DNA of 64,000 bases from Auanema rhodensis (lineage: Eukaryota > Animalia > Nematoda), in NCBI GenBank assembly GCA_964057225.1, contig OZ059894.1, forward strand, positions 806,001-870,000, given 5' to 3'. Of the stretch, positions 42,770 to 58,785 are shown one piece after another. Below the pieces are notes generated by a model that searched no databases, had not been told where the DNA came from, and worked only from the letters and a program-made list of their open reading frames with translations. The position numbers and the translations under genes are program-made. How positions within the stretch are numbered: the stretch's first letter is position 1; every line of letters begins with the position of its first letter.

Positions 42770-45700
42770 TTGAAAACCGCATCTCTTTGTCTTTCACGTG
42801 AAGCGAGTTACATACCAAGTGCACATCACGTGTACATTTAATTAGCATAAATTAAAGTTCACGTAAAATTTAAAGTCATGGTTACCATGAACCAATATCA
42901 ATAAAAATTTGTTTTCAGACTAATATGGACATGGGGAATCTAATTTTGAAAACCGCATCTCTTTATCTTTCACGTGAAGCGAGTTACATACCAAGTGCAC
43001 ATCACGTGTACATTTAATTAGCATAAATTAAAGTTCACGTAAATATCAAAGTCATGGTTACCATGCACCAATATCAATAAAAATTTGTTTTTAGACTAAT
43101 ATGGACATGGGGAATCTAATTTTGAAAACCGCATCTCTTTATCTTTCACGTGAAGCGAGTTACATACCAAGTGCACATCACGTGTACATTTAATTAGCAT
43201 AAATTAAAGTTCACGTAAATTTCAAAGTCATGGTTACCATGAACCAATATCAATAATAATTGGTTTTTAGACTAATATGGACATGGGGAATCTAATTTTG
43301 AAAACCGCATCTCTTTATCTTTCACGTGAAGCGAGTTACATACCAAGTGCACATCACGTGTACATTTAATTAGCATAAATTAAAGTTCACGTAAATTTCA
43401 AAATCATGGTTACCATGAATTAATATCAATAAAAATTTGTTTTTAGACTAATATGGACATGAGGATTCTAATTTTGAAAACCGCATCTCTTTATCTTTCA
43501 CGTGAAGCGAGTTACATACCAAGTGCACATCACGTGTACATTTAATTAGCATAAATTAAAGTTCACGTAAATTTCAAAGTCATGGTTACCATGAACCAAT
43601 ATCAATAAAAATTTTTTTTTCGACTAATATGGACATGGGGAATCTAATTTTGAAAACCGCATCTCTTTATCTTTCACGTGAAGCGAGTTACATACCAAGT
43701 GCACATCACGTGTACATATAATTAGCATAAATTAAAGTTCACGTAAATTTTAAAGTCATGGTTACCATGAACCAATATCAATAAAAATTTGTTTTCAGAC
43801 TAATATGGACATGGGGAATCTAATTTTGAAAACCGCATCTCTTTATCTTTCACGTGAAGCGAGTTACATACCAAGTGCACATCACGTGTACATTTATATA
43901 GCATAAATTAAAGTTCACGTAAATTTTAAAGTCATGGTTACCATGAACCAATATCAATAAAAATTTGTTTTCAGACTAATATGGAGATGGGGAATCTAAT
44001 TTTGAAAACCGCATCTCTTTATCTTTCACGTGAAGCGAGTTACATACCAAGTGCACATCACGTGTACATTTAATTAGCATAAATTAAAGTTCACGTAAAT
44101 TTCAAAGTCATGGTTACCATGAACCAATATCAATAAAAATTTGTTTTTAGACTAATATGGACATGGGGAATCTAATTTTGAAAACCGCATCTCTTTATCT
44201 TTCACGTGAAGCGAGTTACATACCAAGTGCACATCACGTGTACATTTAATTAGCATAAATTAAAGTTCACGTAAATTTCAAAGTCATGGTTACCATGAAC
44301 CAATATCAATAAAAATTTGTTTTTAGACTAATATGGACATGGGAAATCTAATGTTGAAAACCGCATCTCTTTATCTTTCACGTGAAGCGAGTTACATACC
44401 AAGTGCACATCACGTGTACATTTAATTAGCATAAATTAAAGTTCACGTAAATTTCAAAGTCATGGTTACCATGCACCAATATCAATAAAAATTTGTTTTT
44501 AGACCAATATGGACATGGGGAATCTAATTTTGAAAACCGCATCTCTTTATCTTTCACGTGAAGCGAGTTACATACCAAGTGCACATCACGTGTACATTTA
44601 ATTAGCATAAATTAAAGTTCACGTAAATTTCAAAGTCATGGTTACCATGCACCAATATCAATAAAAATTTGTTTTTAGACTAATATGGACATGGGGAATC
44701 TAATTTTGAAAACCGCATCTCTTTATCTTTCACGTGAAGCGAGTTACATACCAAGTGCACATCACGTGTACATTTATTTAGCATAAATTAAAGTTCACGT
44801 AAATTTCAAAATCATGGTTACCATGAATTAATATCAATAAAAATTTGTTTTTAGACTAATATGGACATGGGGAATCTAATTTTGAAAACCGCATCTCTTT
44901 ATCTTTCACGTGAAGCGAGTTACATACCAAGTGCACATCACGTGTACATTTAATTAGCATAAATTAAAGTTCACGTAAAATTTAAAGTCATGGTTACCAT
45001 GAACCAATATCAATAAAAATTTGTTTTCAGACTAATATGGACATGGGGAATCTAATTTTGAAAACCGCATCTCTTTATCTTTCACGTGAAGCGAGTTACA
45101 TACCAAGTGCACATCACGTGTACATTTAGTTAGCATAAATTAAAGTTCACGTAAATATCAAAGTCATGGTTACCATGCACCAATATCAATAAAAATTTGT
45201 TTTTAGACTAATATGGACATGGGGAATCTAATTTTGAAAACCGCATCTCTTTATCTTTCACGTGAAGCGAGTTACATACCAAGTGCACATCACGTGTACA
45301 TTTAATTAGCATAAATTAAAGTTCACGTAAATTTCAAAGTCATGGTTACCATGAACCAATATCAATAATAATTGGTTTTTAGACTAATATGGACATGGGG
45401 AATCTAATTTTGAAAACCGCATCTCTTTATCTTTCACGTGAAGCGAGTTACATACCAAGTGCACATCACGTGTACATTTAATTAGCATAAATTAAAGTTC
45501 ACGTAAATTTCAAAATCATGGTTACCATGAATTAATATCAATAAAAATTTGTTTTTAGACTAATATGGACATGAGGATTCTAATTTTGAAAACCGCATCT
45601 CTTTATCTTTCACGTGAAGCGAGTTACATACCAAGTGCACATCACGTGTACATTTAATTAGCATAAATTAAAGTTCACGTAAATTTCAAAGTCATGGTTA

Positions 45701-46993
45701 CCATGAACCAATATCAATAAAAATTTTTTTTTCGACTAATATGGACATGGGGAATCTAATTTTGAAAACCGCATCTCTTTATCTTTCACGTGAAGCGAGT
45801 TACATACCAAGTGCACATCACGTGTACATATAATTAGCATAAATTAAAGTTCACGTAAATTTTAAAGTCATGGTTACCATGAACCAATATCAATAAAAAT
45901 TTGTTTTCAGACTAATATGGACATGGGGAATCTAATTTTGAAAACCGCATCTCTTTATCTTTCACGTGAAGCGAGTTACATACCAAGTGCACATCACGTG
46001 TACATTTATATAGCATAAATTAAAGTTCACGTAAATTTTAAAGTCATGGTTACCATGAACCAATATCAATAAAAATTTGTTTTCAGACTAATATGGAGAT
46101 GGGGAATCTAATTTTGAAAACCGCATCTCTTTATCTTTCACGTGAAGCGAGTTACATACCAAGTGCACATCACGTGTACATTTAATTAGCATAAATTAAA
46201 GTTCACGTAAATTTCAAAGTCATGGTTACCATGAACCAATATCAATAAAAATTTGTTTTTAGACTAATATGGACATGGGGAATCTAATTTTGAAAACCGC
46301 ATCTCTTTATCTTTCACGTGAAGCGAGTTACATACCAAGTGCACATCACGTGTACATTTAATTAGCATAAATTAAAGTTCACGTAAATTTCAAAGTCATG
46401 GTTACCATGAACCAATATCAATAAAAATTTGTTTTTAGACTAATATGGACATGGGAAATCTAATGTTGAAAACCGCATCTCTTTATCTTTCACGTGAAGC
46501 GAGTTACATACCAAGTGCACATCACGTGTACATTTAATTAGCATAAATTAAAGTTCACGTAAATTTCAAAGTCATGGTTACCATGCACCAATATCAATAA
46601 AAATTTGTTTTTAGACCAATATGGACATGGGGAATCTAATTTTGAAAACCGCATCTCTTTATCTTTCACGTGAAGCGAGTTACATACCAAGTGCACATCA
46701 CGTGTACATTTAATTAGCATAAATTAAAGTTCACGTAAATTTCAAAGTCATGGTTACCATGCACCAATATCAATAAAAATTTGTTTTTAGACTAATATGG
46801 ACATGGGGAATCTAATTTTGAAAACCGCATCTCTTTATCTTTCACGTGAAGCGAGTTACATACCAAGTGCACATCACGTGTACATTTATTTAGCATAAAT
46901 TAAAGTTCACGTAAATTTCAAAATCATGGTTACCATGAATTAATATCAATAAAAATTTGTTTTTAGACTAATATGGACATGGGGAATCTAATT
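42770..46993 (+). repeat. Tandem duplication of a 12-monomer (2112 bp) unit
   Basis: ORF markers at 44426 and 46538, and T9 runs at about 43612 and 45724. The variant order is the same. Confidence 0.88.
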
Positions 46994-49900
46994 TTGAAAA
47001 CCGCATCTCTTTATCTTTCACGTGAAGCGAGTTACATACCAAGTGCACATCACGTGTACATTTATTTAGCATAAATTAAAGTTCACGTAATTTTCAAAGA
47101 CATGGTTACCATGAACCAATATCAATAAAAATTTGTTTTTAGACTAATATGGACATGGGGAATCTAATTTTGAAAACCGCATCTCTTTATCTTTCACGTG
47201 AAGCGAGTTACATACCAAGTGCACATCACGTGTACATTTAATTGGCATAAATTAAAGTTCACGTAAATTTCAAAATCATGGTTACCATGAATTAATATCA
47301 ATAAAAATTTGTTTTTAGACTAATATGGACATGGGGAATCTAATTTTGAAAACCGCATCTCTTTATCTTTCACGTGAAGCGAGTTACATACCAAGTGCAC
47401 ATCACGTGTACATTTATTTAGCATAAATTAAAGTTCACGTAATTTTCAAAGACATGGTTACCATGAACCAATATCAATAAAAATTTGTTTTCAGACTAAT
47501 ATGGACATGGGGAATCTAATTTTGAAAACCGCATCTCTTCATCTTTCACGTGAAGCGAGTTACATACCAAGTGCACATCACGTGTACATTTAATTAGCAT
47601 AAATTAAAGTTCACGTAAATTTCAAAGTCATGGTTACCATGCACCAATATCAATAAAAATTTGTTTTTAGACTAATATGGACATGGGGAATCTAATTTTG
47701 AAAACCGCATCTCTTTATCTTTCACGTGAAGCGAGTTACATACCAAGTGCACATCACGTGTACATTTAATTAGCATAAATTAAAGTTCACGTAAATTTTA
47801 AAGTCATGGTTACCATGAACCAATATCAATAAAAATTTGTTTTCAGACTAATATGGACATGGGGAATCTAATTTTGAAAACCGCATCTCTTTATCTTTCA
47901 CGTGAAGCGAGTTACATACCAAGTGCACATCACGTGTACATTTAATTAGCATAAATTAAAGTTCACGTAAATTTCAAAGTCATGGTTACCATGCACCAAT
48001 ATCAATAAAAATTTGTTTTCAGACTAATATGGACATGGAGAATCTAATTTTGAAAACCGCATCTCTTTATCTTTCACGTGAAGCGAGTTACATACCAAGT
48101 GCACATCACGTGTACATTTAATTAGCATAAATTAAAGTTCACGTAAATTTCAAAGTCATGGTTACCATGCACCAATATCAATAAAAATTTGTTTTTAGAC
48201 TAATATGGACATGGGGAATCTAATTTTGAAAACCGCATCTCTTTATCTTTCACGTGAAGCGAGTTACATACCAAGTGCACATCACGTGTACATTTAATTA
48301 GCATAAATTAAAGTTCACGTAAATTTCAAAATCATGGTTACCATGAATTAATATCAATAAAAATTTGTTTTTAGACTAATATGGACATGGGGAATCTAAT
48401 TTTGAGAACCGCATCTCTTTATCTTTCACGTGAAGCGAGTTACATACCAAGTGCACATCACGTGTACATTTAATTAGCATAAATTAAAGTTCACGTAAAT
48501 TTCAAAGTCATGGTTACCATGAACCAATATCAATAAAAATTTGTTTTTAGACTAATATGGACATGGGGAATCTAATTTTGAAAACCGCATCTCTTTATCT
48601 TTCACGTGAAGCGAGTTACATACCAAGTGCACATCACGTGTACATTTAATTAGCATAAATTAAAGTTCACGTAAATTTCAAAATCATGGTTATCATGAAT
48701 TAATATCAATAAAAATTTGTTTTTAGACTAATATGGACATGAAGATTCTAATTTTGAAAACCGCATCTCTTTATCTTTCACGTGAAGCGAGTTACATACC
48801 AAGTGCACATCACGTGTACATTTAATTAGCATAAATTAAAGTTCACGTAAATTTCAAAGTCATGGTTACCATGAACCAATATCAATAAAAATTTGTTTTT
48901 AGACTAATATGAATATGGGGAATCTAATTTTGAAAACCGCATCTCCTTATTTTTCACGTGAAGCGAGTTACATACCAAGTGCACATCACGTGTACATTTA
49001 ATTAGCATAAATTAAAGTTCACGTAAATTTCAAAGTCATGGTTACCATGAACCAATATCAATAAAAATTTGTTTTTAGACTAATATGGACATGGGGAATC
49101 TAATTTTGAAAACCGCATCTCTTTATCTTTCACGTGAAGCGAGTAACATACCAAGTGCACATCACGTGTACATTTAATTAGCATAAATTAAAGTTCACGT
49201 AATTTTCAAAGTCATGGTTACCATGAACCAATATCAATAAAAATTTGTTTTTAGACTAATATGGACATGGGGAATCTAATTTTGAAAACCGCATCTCTTT
49301 ATCTTTCACGTGAAGCGAGTTACATACCAAGTGCACATCACGTGTACATTTAATTAGCATAAATTAAAGTTCACGTAAATTTCAAAGTCATGGTTACCAT
49401 GCACCAATATCAATAAAAATTTGTTTTTAGACTAATATGGACATGGGGAATCTAATTTTGAAAACCGCATCTCTTTATCTTTCACGTGAAGCGAGTTACA
49501 TACCAAGTGCACATCACGTGTACATTTAATTAGCATAAATTAAAGTTCACGTAAATTTCAAAGTCATGGTTACCATGAACCAATATCAATAAAAATTTGT
49601 TTTTCGACTAATATGGACATGGGGAATCTAATTTTGAAAACCGCATCTCTTTATCTTTCACGTGAAGCGAGTTACATACCAAGTGCACATCACGTGTACA
49701 TTTAATTAGCATAAATTAAAGTTCACGTAAATTTCAAAGTCATGGTTACCATGAACCAATATCAATAAAAATTTGTTTTTAGACTAATATGAATATGGGG
49801 AATCTAATTTTGAAAACCGCATCTCCTTATTTTTCACGTGAAGCGAGTTACATACCAAGTGCACATCACGTGTACATTTAATTAGCATAAATTAAAGTTC

Positions 49901-52900
49901 ACGTAAATTTCAAAATCATGGTTACCATGAATTAATATCAATAAAAATTTGTTTTTAGACTAATATGGACATGAGGATTCTAATTTTGAAAACCGCATCT
50001 CTTTATCTTTCACGTGAAGCGAGTTACATACCAAGTGCACATCACGTGTACATTTAATTAGCATAAATTAAAGTTCACGTAAATTTCAAAGTCATGGTTA
50101 CCATGAACCAATATCAATAAAAATTTGTTTTTAGACTAATATGGACATGGGGAATCTAATTTTGAAAACCGCATCTCTTTATCTTTCACGTGAAGCGAGT
50201 TACATACCAAGTGCACATCACGTGTACATTTAATTAGCATAAATTAAAGTTCACGTAATTTTCAAAGTCATGGTTACCATGAACCAATATCAATAAAAAT
50301 TTGTTTTTAGACTAATATGGACATGGGGAATCTAATTTTGAAAACCGCATCTCTTTATCTTTCACGTGAAGCGAGTTACATACCAAGTGCACATCACGTG
50401 TACATTTAATTAGCATAAATTAAAGTTCACGTAAATTTCAAAGTCATGGTTACCATGCACCAATATCAATAAAAATTTGTTTTTAGACTAATATGGACAT
50501 GGGGAATCTAATTTTGAAAACCGCATCTCTTTATCTTTCACGTGAAGCGAGTTACATACCAAGTGCACATCACGTGTACATTTAATTAGCATAAATTAAA
50601 GTTCACGTAAATTTCAAAGTCATGGTTACCATGAACCAATATCAATAAAAATTTGTTTTTAGACTAATATGGACATGGGGAATCTAATTTTGAAAACCGA
50701 ATCTCTTTATCTTTCACGTGAAGCGAGTTACATACCAAGTGCACATCACGTGTACATTTAATTAGCATAAATTAAAGTTCACGTAAATTTCAAAGTCATG
50801 GTTACCATGAACCAATATCAATAAAAATTTGTTTTTAGAATAATATGGACATGGGGAATCTAATTTTGAAAACCGCATCTCTTTATCTTTCACGTGAAGC
50901 GAGTTACATACCAAGTGCACATCACGTGTACATTTAATTAGCATAAATTAAAGTTCACGTAAATTTCAAAGTCATGGTTACCATGCACCAATATCAATAA
51001 AAATTTGTTTTTAGACTAATATGAATATGGGGAATCTAATTTTGAAAACCGCATCTCCTTATTTTTCACGTGAAGCGAGTTACATACCAAGTGCACATCA
51101 CGTGTACATTTAATTAGCATAAATTAAAGTTCACGTAAATTTCAAAATCATGGTTACCATGAATTAATATCAATAAAAATTTGTTTTTAGACTAATATGG
51201 ACATGAGGATTCTAATTTTGAAAACCGCATCTCTTTATCTTTCACGTGAAGCGAGTTACATACCAAGTGCACATCACGTGTACATTTAATTAGCATAAAT
51301 TAAAGTTCACGTAAATTTCAAAGTCATGGTTACCATGAACCAATATCAATAAAAATTTGTTTTTAGACTAATATGGATATGGGGAATCTAATTTTGAAAA
51401 CCGCATCTCTTTATCTTTCACGTGAAGCGAGTTACATACCAAGTGCACATCACGTGTACATTTAATTAGCATAAATTAAAGTTCACGTAAATTTCAAAGT
51501 CATGGTTACCATGAACCAATATCAATAAAAATTTGTTTTTAGACTAATATGGACATGGGGAATCTAATTTTGAAAACCGCATCTCTTTATCTTTCACGTG
51601 AAGCGAGTTACATACCAAGTGCACATCACGTGTACATTTAATTAGCATAAATTAAAGTTCACGTAAATTTCAAAGACATGGTTACCATGAACCAATATCA
51701 ATAAAAATTTGTTTTTAGACTAATATGGACATGGGGAATCTAATTTTGAAAACCGCATCTCTTTATCTTTCACGTGAAGCGAGTTACATACCAAGTGCAC
51801 ATCACGTGTACATTTAATTAGCATAAATTAAAGTTCACGTAAATTTCAAAATCATGGTTACCATGAATTAATATCAATAAAAATTTGTTTTTAGACTAAT
51901 ATGGACATGAGGATTCTAATTTTGAAAACCGCATCTCTTTATCTTTCACGTGAAGCGAGTTACATACCAAGTGCACATCACGTGTACATTTAATTAGAAT
52001 AAATTAAAGTTCACGTAAATTTCAAACTCATGGTTACCATGCACCAATATCAATAAAAATTTGTTTTTAGACTAATATGGACATGGGGAATCTAATTTTG
52101 GAAACCGCATCTCTTTATCTTTCACGTGAAGCGAGTTACATACCAAGTGCACATCACGTGTACATTTAATTAGCATAAATTAAAGTTCACGTAATTTTCA
52201 AAGACATGGTTACCATGAACCAATATCAATAAAAATTTGTTTTTAGACGAATATGGACATGGGGAATCTAATTTTGAAAACCGCATCTCTTTATCTTTCA
52301 CGTGAAGCGAGTTACATACCAAGTGCACATCACGTGTACATTTAATTAGCATAAATTAAAGTTCACGTAAATTTCAAAATCATGGTTACCATGAATTAAT
52401 ATCAATAAAAATTTGTTTTCAGACTAATATGGACATGAGGATTCTAATTTTGAAAACCGCATCTCTTTATCTTTCACGTGAAGCGAGTTACATACCAAGT
52501 GCACATCACGTGTACATTTAATTAGCATAAATTAAAGTTCACGTAAATTTCAAAGTCATGGTTACCATGAACCAATATCAATAAAAAATTGTTTTTAGAC
52601 TAATATGGACATGGGGAATCTAATTTTGAAAACCGCATCTCTTTATCTTTCACGTGAAGCGAGTTACATACCAAGTGCACATCACGTGTACATTTAATTA
52701 GCATAAATTAAAGTTCACGTAAATTTCAAAGTCATGGTTAACATGAACCAATATCAATAAAAATTTGTTTTTCGACTAATATGGACATGGGGAATCTAAT
52801 TTTGAAAACCGCATCTCTTTATCTTTCACGTGAAGCGAGTTACATACCAAGTGCACATCACGTGTACATTTAATTAGCATAAATTAAAGTTCACGTAAAT

Positions 52901-55900
52901 TTTAAAGTCATGGTTACCATAAACCAACATCAATAAAAATTTGTTTTCAGACTAATATGGACATGGGGAATCTAATTTTGAAAACCGCATCTCTTTATCT
53001 TTCACGTGAAGCGAGTTACATACCAAGTGCACATCACGTGTACATTTAATTAGCATAAATTAAAGTTCACGTAAATTTTAAAGTCATGGTTACCATGCAC
53101 CAATATCAATAAAAATTTGTTTTTAGACTAATATGGACATGGGGAATCTAATTTTGAAAACCGCATCTCTTTATCTTTCACGTGAAGCGAGTTACATACC
53201 AAGTGCACATCACGTGTACATTTAATTAGCATAAATTAAAGTTCACGTAAATTTCAAAGTCATGGTTACCATGAACCAATATCAATAAAAATTTGTTTTC
53301 AGACTAATATGGACATGGGGAATCTAATTTTGAAAACCGCATCTCTTTATCTTTCACGTGAAGCGAGTTACATACCAAGTGCACATCACGTGTACATTTA
53401 ATTAGCATAAATTAAAGTTCACGTAATTTTCAAAGACATGGTTACCATGAACCAATATCAATAAAAATTTGTTTTTAGACTAATATGGACATGGGGAATC
53501 TAATTTTGAAAACCGCATCTCTTTATCTTTCACGTGAAGCGAGTTACATACCAAGTGCACATCACGTGTACATTTAATTAGCATAAATTAAAGTTCACGT
53601 AAATTTCAAAATCATGGTTACCATGAATTAATATCAATAAAAATTTGTTTTTAGACTAATATGGACATGAGGATCCTAATTTTGAAAACCGCATCTCTTT
53701 ATCTTTCACGTGAAGCGAGTTACATACCAAGTGCACATCACGTGTACATTTAATTAGCATAAATTAAAGTTCACATAAATTTCAAAGTCATGGTTACCAT
53801 GAACCAATATCAATAAAAATTTGTTTTTAGACTAATATGGACATGGGGAATCTAATTTTGAAAACCGCATCTCTTTATCTTTCACGTGAAGCGAGTTACA
53901 TACCAAGTGCACATCACGTGTACATTAAATTAGCATAAATTAAAGTTCACGTAAATTTCAAAGTCATGGTTACCATAAACCAATATCAATAAAAATTTGT
54001 TTTTCGACTAATATGGACATGGGGAATCTAATTTTGAAAACCGCATCTCTTTATCTTTCACGTGAAGCGAGAGACATACCAAGTGCACATCACGTGTACA
54101 TTTAATTAGCATAAATTAAAGTTCACGTAAATTTTAAAGTCATGGTTACCATAAACCAATATCAATAAAAATTTGTTTTCAGACTAATATGGACATGGGG
54201 AATCTAATTTTGAAAACCGCATCTCTTTATCTTTCACGTGAAGCGAGTTACATACCAAGTGCACATCACGTGTACATTTAATTAGCATAAATTAAAGTTC
54301 ACATAAATTTCAAAGTCATGGTTACCATGAACCAATATCAATAAAAATTTGTTTTTAGACTAATATGGACATGGGGAATCTAATTTTGAAAACCGCATCT
54401 CTTTATCTTTCACGTGAAGCGAGTTACATACCAAGTGCACATCACGTGTACATTTAATTAGCATAAATTAAAGTTCACGTAAAATTTAAAGTCATGGTTA
54501 CCATGAACCAATATCAATAAAAATTTGTTTTCAGACTAATATGGACATGGGGAATCTAATTTTGAAAACCGCATCTCTTTATCTTTCACGTGAAGCGAGT
54601 TACATACCAAGTGCACATCACGTGTACATTTAATTAGCATAAATTAAAGTTCACGTAAATATCAAAGTCATGGTTACCATGCACCAATATCAATAAAAAT
54701 TTGTTTTTAGACTAATATGGACATGGGGAATCTAATTTTGAAAACCGCATCTCTTTATCTTTCACGTGAAGCGAGTTACATACCAAGTGCACATCACGTG
54801 TACATTTAATTAGCATAAATTAAAGTTCACGTAAATTTCAAAGTCATGGTTACCATGAACCAATATCAATAATAATTGGTTTTTAGACTAATATGGACAT
54901 GGGGAATCTAATTTTGAAAACCGCATCTCTTTATCTTTCACGTGAAGCGAGTTACATACCAAGTGCACATCACGTGTACATTTAATTAGCATAAATTAAA
55001 GTTCACGTAAATTTCAAAATCATGGTTACCATGAATTAATATCAATAAAAATTTGTTTTTAGACTAATATGGACATGAGGATTCTAATTTTGAAAACCGC
55101 ATCTCTTTATCTTTCACGTGAAGCGAGTTACATACCAAGTGCACATCACGTGTACATTTAATTAGCATAAATTAAAGTTCACGTAAATTTCAAAGTCATG
55201 GTTACCATGAACCAATATCAATAAAAATTTTTTTTTCGACTAATATGGACATGGGGAATCTAATTTTGAAAACCGCATCTCTTTATCTTTCACGTGAAGC
55301 GAGTTACATACCAAGTGCACATCACGTGTACATATAATTAGCATAAATTAAAGTTCACGTAAATTTTAAAGTCATGGTTACCATGAACCAATATCAATAA
55401 AAATTTGTTTTCAGACTAATATGGACATGGGGAATCTAATTTTGAAAACCGCATCTCTTTATCTTTCACGTGAAGCGAGTTACATACCAAGTGCACATCA
55501 CGTGTACATTTATATAGCATAAATTAAAGTTCACGTAAATTTTAAAGTCATGGTTACCATGAACCAATATCAATAAAAATTTGTTTTCAGACTAATATGG
55601 AGATGGGGAATCTAATTTTGAAAACCGCATCTCTTTATCTTTCACGTGAAGCGAGTTACATACCAAGTGCACATCACGTGTACATTTAATTAGCATAAAT
55701 TAAAGTTCACGTAAATTTCAAAGTCATGGTTACCATGAACCAATATCAATAAAAAATTGTTTTTAGACTAATATGGACATGGGGAATCTAATTTTGAAAA
55801 CCGCATCTCTTTATCTTTCACGTGAAGCGAGTTACATACCAAGTGCACATCACGTGTACATTTAATTAGCATAAATTAAAGTTCACGTAAATTTCAAAGT

Positions 55901-58785
55901 CATGGTTACCATGAACCAATATCAATAAAAATTTGTTTTTAGACTAATATGGACATGGGAAATCTAATGTTGAAAACCGCATCTCTTTATCTTTCACGTG
56001 AAGCGAGTTACATACCAAGTGCACATCACGTGTACATTTAATTAGCATAAATTAAAGTTCACGTAAATTTCAAAGTCATGGTTACCATGCACCAATATCA
56101 ATAAAAATTTGTTTTTAGACCAATATGGACATGGGGAATCTAATTTTGAAAACCGCATCTCTTTATCTTTCACGTGAAGCGAGTTACATACCAAGTGCAC
56201 ATCACGTGTACATTTAATTAGCATAAATTAAAGTTCACGTAAATTTCAAAGTCATGGTTACCATGCACCAATATCAATAAAAATTTGTTTTTAGACTAAT
56301 ATGGACATGGGGAATCTAATTTTGAAAACCGCATCTCTTTATCTTTCACGTGAAGCGAGTTACATACCAAGTGCACATCACGTGTACATTTATTTAGCAT
56401 AAATTAAAGTTCACGTAAATTTCAAAATCATGGTTACCATGAATTAATATCAATAAAAATTTGTTTTTAGACTAATATGGACATGGGGAATCTAATTTTG
56501 AAAACCGCATCTCTTTATCTTTCACGTGAAGCGAGTTACATACCAAGTGCACATCACGTGTACATTTATTTAGCATAAATTAAAGTTCACGTAATTTTCA
56601 AAGACATGGTTACCATGAACCAATATCAATAAAAATTTGTTTTTAGACTAATATGGACATGGGGAATCTAATTTTGAAAACCGCATCTCTTTATCTTTCA
56701 CGTGAAGCGAGTTACATACCAAGTGCACATCACGTGTACATTTAATTGGCATAAATTAAAGTTCACGTAAATTTCAAAATCATGGTTACCATGAATTAAT
56801 ATCAATAAAAATTTGTTTTTAGACTAATATGGACATGGGGAATCTAATTTTGAAAACCGCATCTCTTTATCTTTCACGTGAAGCGAGTTACATACCGAGT
56901 GCACATCACGTGTACATTTATTTAGCATAAATTAAAGTTCACGTAATTTTCAAAGACATGGTTACCATGAACCAATATCAATAAAAATTTGTTTTCAGAC
57001 TAATATGGACATGGGGAATCTAATTTTGAAAACCGCATCTCTTCATCTTTCACGTGAAGCGAGTTACATACCAAGTGCACATCACGTGTACATTTAATTA
57101 GCATAAATTAAAGTTCACGTAAATTTCAAAGTCATGGTTACCATGCACCAATATCAATAAAAATTTGTTTTTAGACTAATATGGACATGGGGAATCTAAT
57201 TTTGAAAACCGCATCTCTTTATCTTTCACGTGAAGCGAGTTACATATCGAGTGCACATCACGTGTACATTTAATTAGCATAAATTAAAGTTCACGTAAAT
57301 TTCAAAGTCATGGTTACCATGAACCAATATCAATAAAAATTTGTTTTCAGACTAATATGGACATGGGGAATCTAATTTTGAAAACCGCATCTCTTCATCT
57401 TTCACGTGAAGCGAGTTACATACCAAGTGCACATCACGTGTACATTTAATTAGCATAAATTAAAGTTCACGTAAATTTTAAAGTCATGGTTACCATGAAC
57501 CAATATCAATAAAAATTTGTTTTCAGACTAATATGGACATGGGGAATCTAATTTTGAAAACCGCATCTCTTTATCTTTCACGTGAAGCGAGTTACATACC
57601 AAGTGCACATCACGTGTACATTTAATTAGCATAAATTAAAGTTCACGTAAATTTCAAAGTCATGGTTACCATGCACCAATATCAATAAAAATTTGTTTTC
57701 AGACTAATATGGACATGGAGAATCTAATTTTGAAAACCGCATCTCTTTATCTTTCACGTGAAGCGAGTTACATACCAAGTGCACATCACGTGTACATTTA
57801 ATTAGCATAAATTAAAGTTCACGTAAATTTCAAAGTCATGGTTACCATGCACCAATATCAATAAAAATTTGTTTTTAGACTAATATGGACATGGGGAATC
57901 TAATTTTGAAAACCGCATCTCTTTATCTTTCACGTGAAGCGAGTTACATACCAAGTGCACATCACGTGTACATTTAATTAGCATAAATTAAAGTTCACGT
58001 AAATTTCAAAATCATGGTTACCATGAATTAATATCAATAAAAATTTGTTTTTAGACTAATATGGACATGGGGAATCTAATTTTGAGAACCGCATCTCTTT
58101 ATCTTTCACGTGAAGCGAGTTACATACCAAGTGCACATCACGTGTACATTTAATTAGCATAAATTAAAGTTCACGTAAATTTCAAAGTCATGGTTACCAT
58201 GAACCAATATCAATAAAAATTTGTTTTTAGACTAATATGGACATGGGGAATCTAATTTTGAAAACCGCATCTCTTTATCTTTCACGTGAAGCGAGTTACA
58301 TACCAAGTGCACATCACGTGTACATTTAATTAGCATAAATTAAAGTTCACGTAAATTTCAAAATCATGGTTATCATGAATTAATATCAATAAAAATTTGT
58401 TTTTAGACTAATATGGACATGAAGATTCTAATTTTGAAAACCGCATCTCTTTATCTTTCACGTGAAGCGAGTTACATACCAAGTGCACATCACGTGTACA
58501 TTTAATTAGCATAAATTAAAGTTCACGTAAATTTCAAAGTCATGGTTACCATGAACCAATATCAATAAAAATTTGTTTTTAGACTAATATGAATATGGGG
58601 AATCTAATTTTGAAAACCGCATCTCCTTATTTTTCACGTGAAGCGAGTTACATACCAAGTGCACATCACGTGTACATTTAATTAGCATAAATTAAAGTTC
58701 ACGTAAATTTCAAAGTCATGGTTACCATGAACCAATATCAATAAAAATTTGTTTTTAGACTAATATGGACATGGGGAATCTAATT

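Noticed and set aside
23306-56224. Thirteen 60-aa minus-strand ORFs (MLIKCTRDVHL...)
   Set aside because: Each is just a monomer in which the usual TAG (plus-strand cta at about 151-153) is mutated to TGG, TAT or TCG. The other roughly 350 monomers keep the stop, 176 is not a multiple of 3, and I recognise no domain. They are useful only as higher-order markers.
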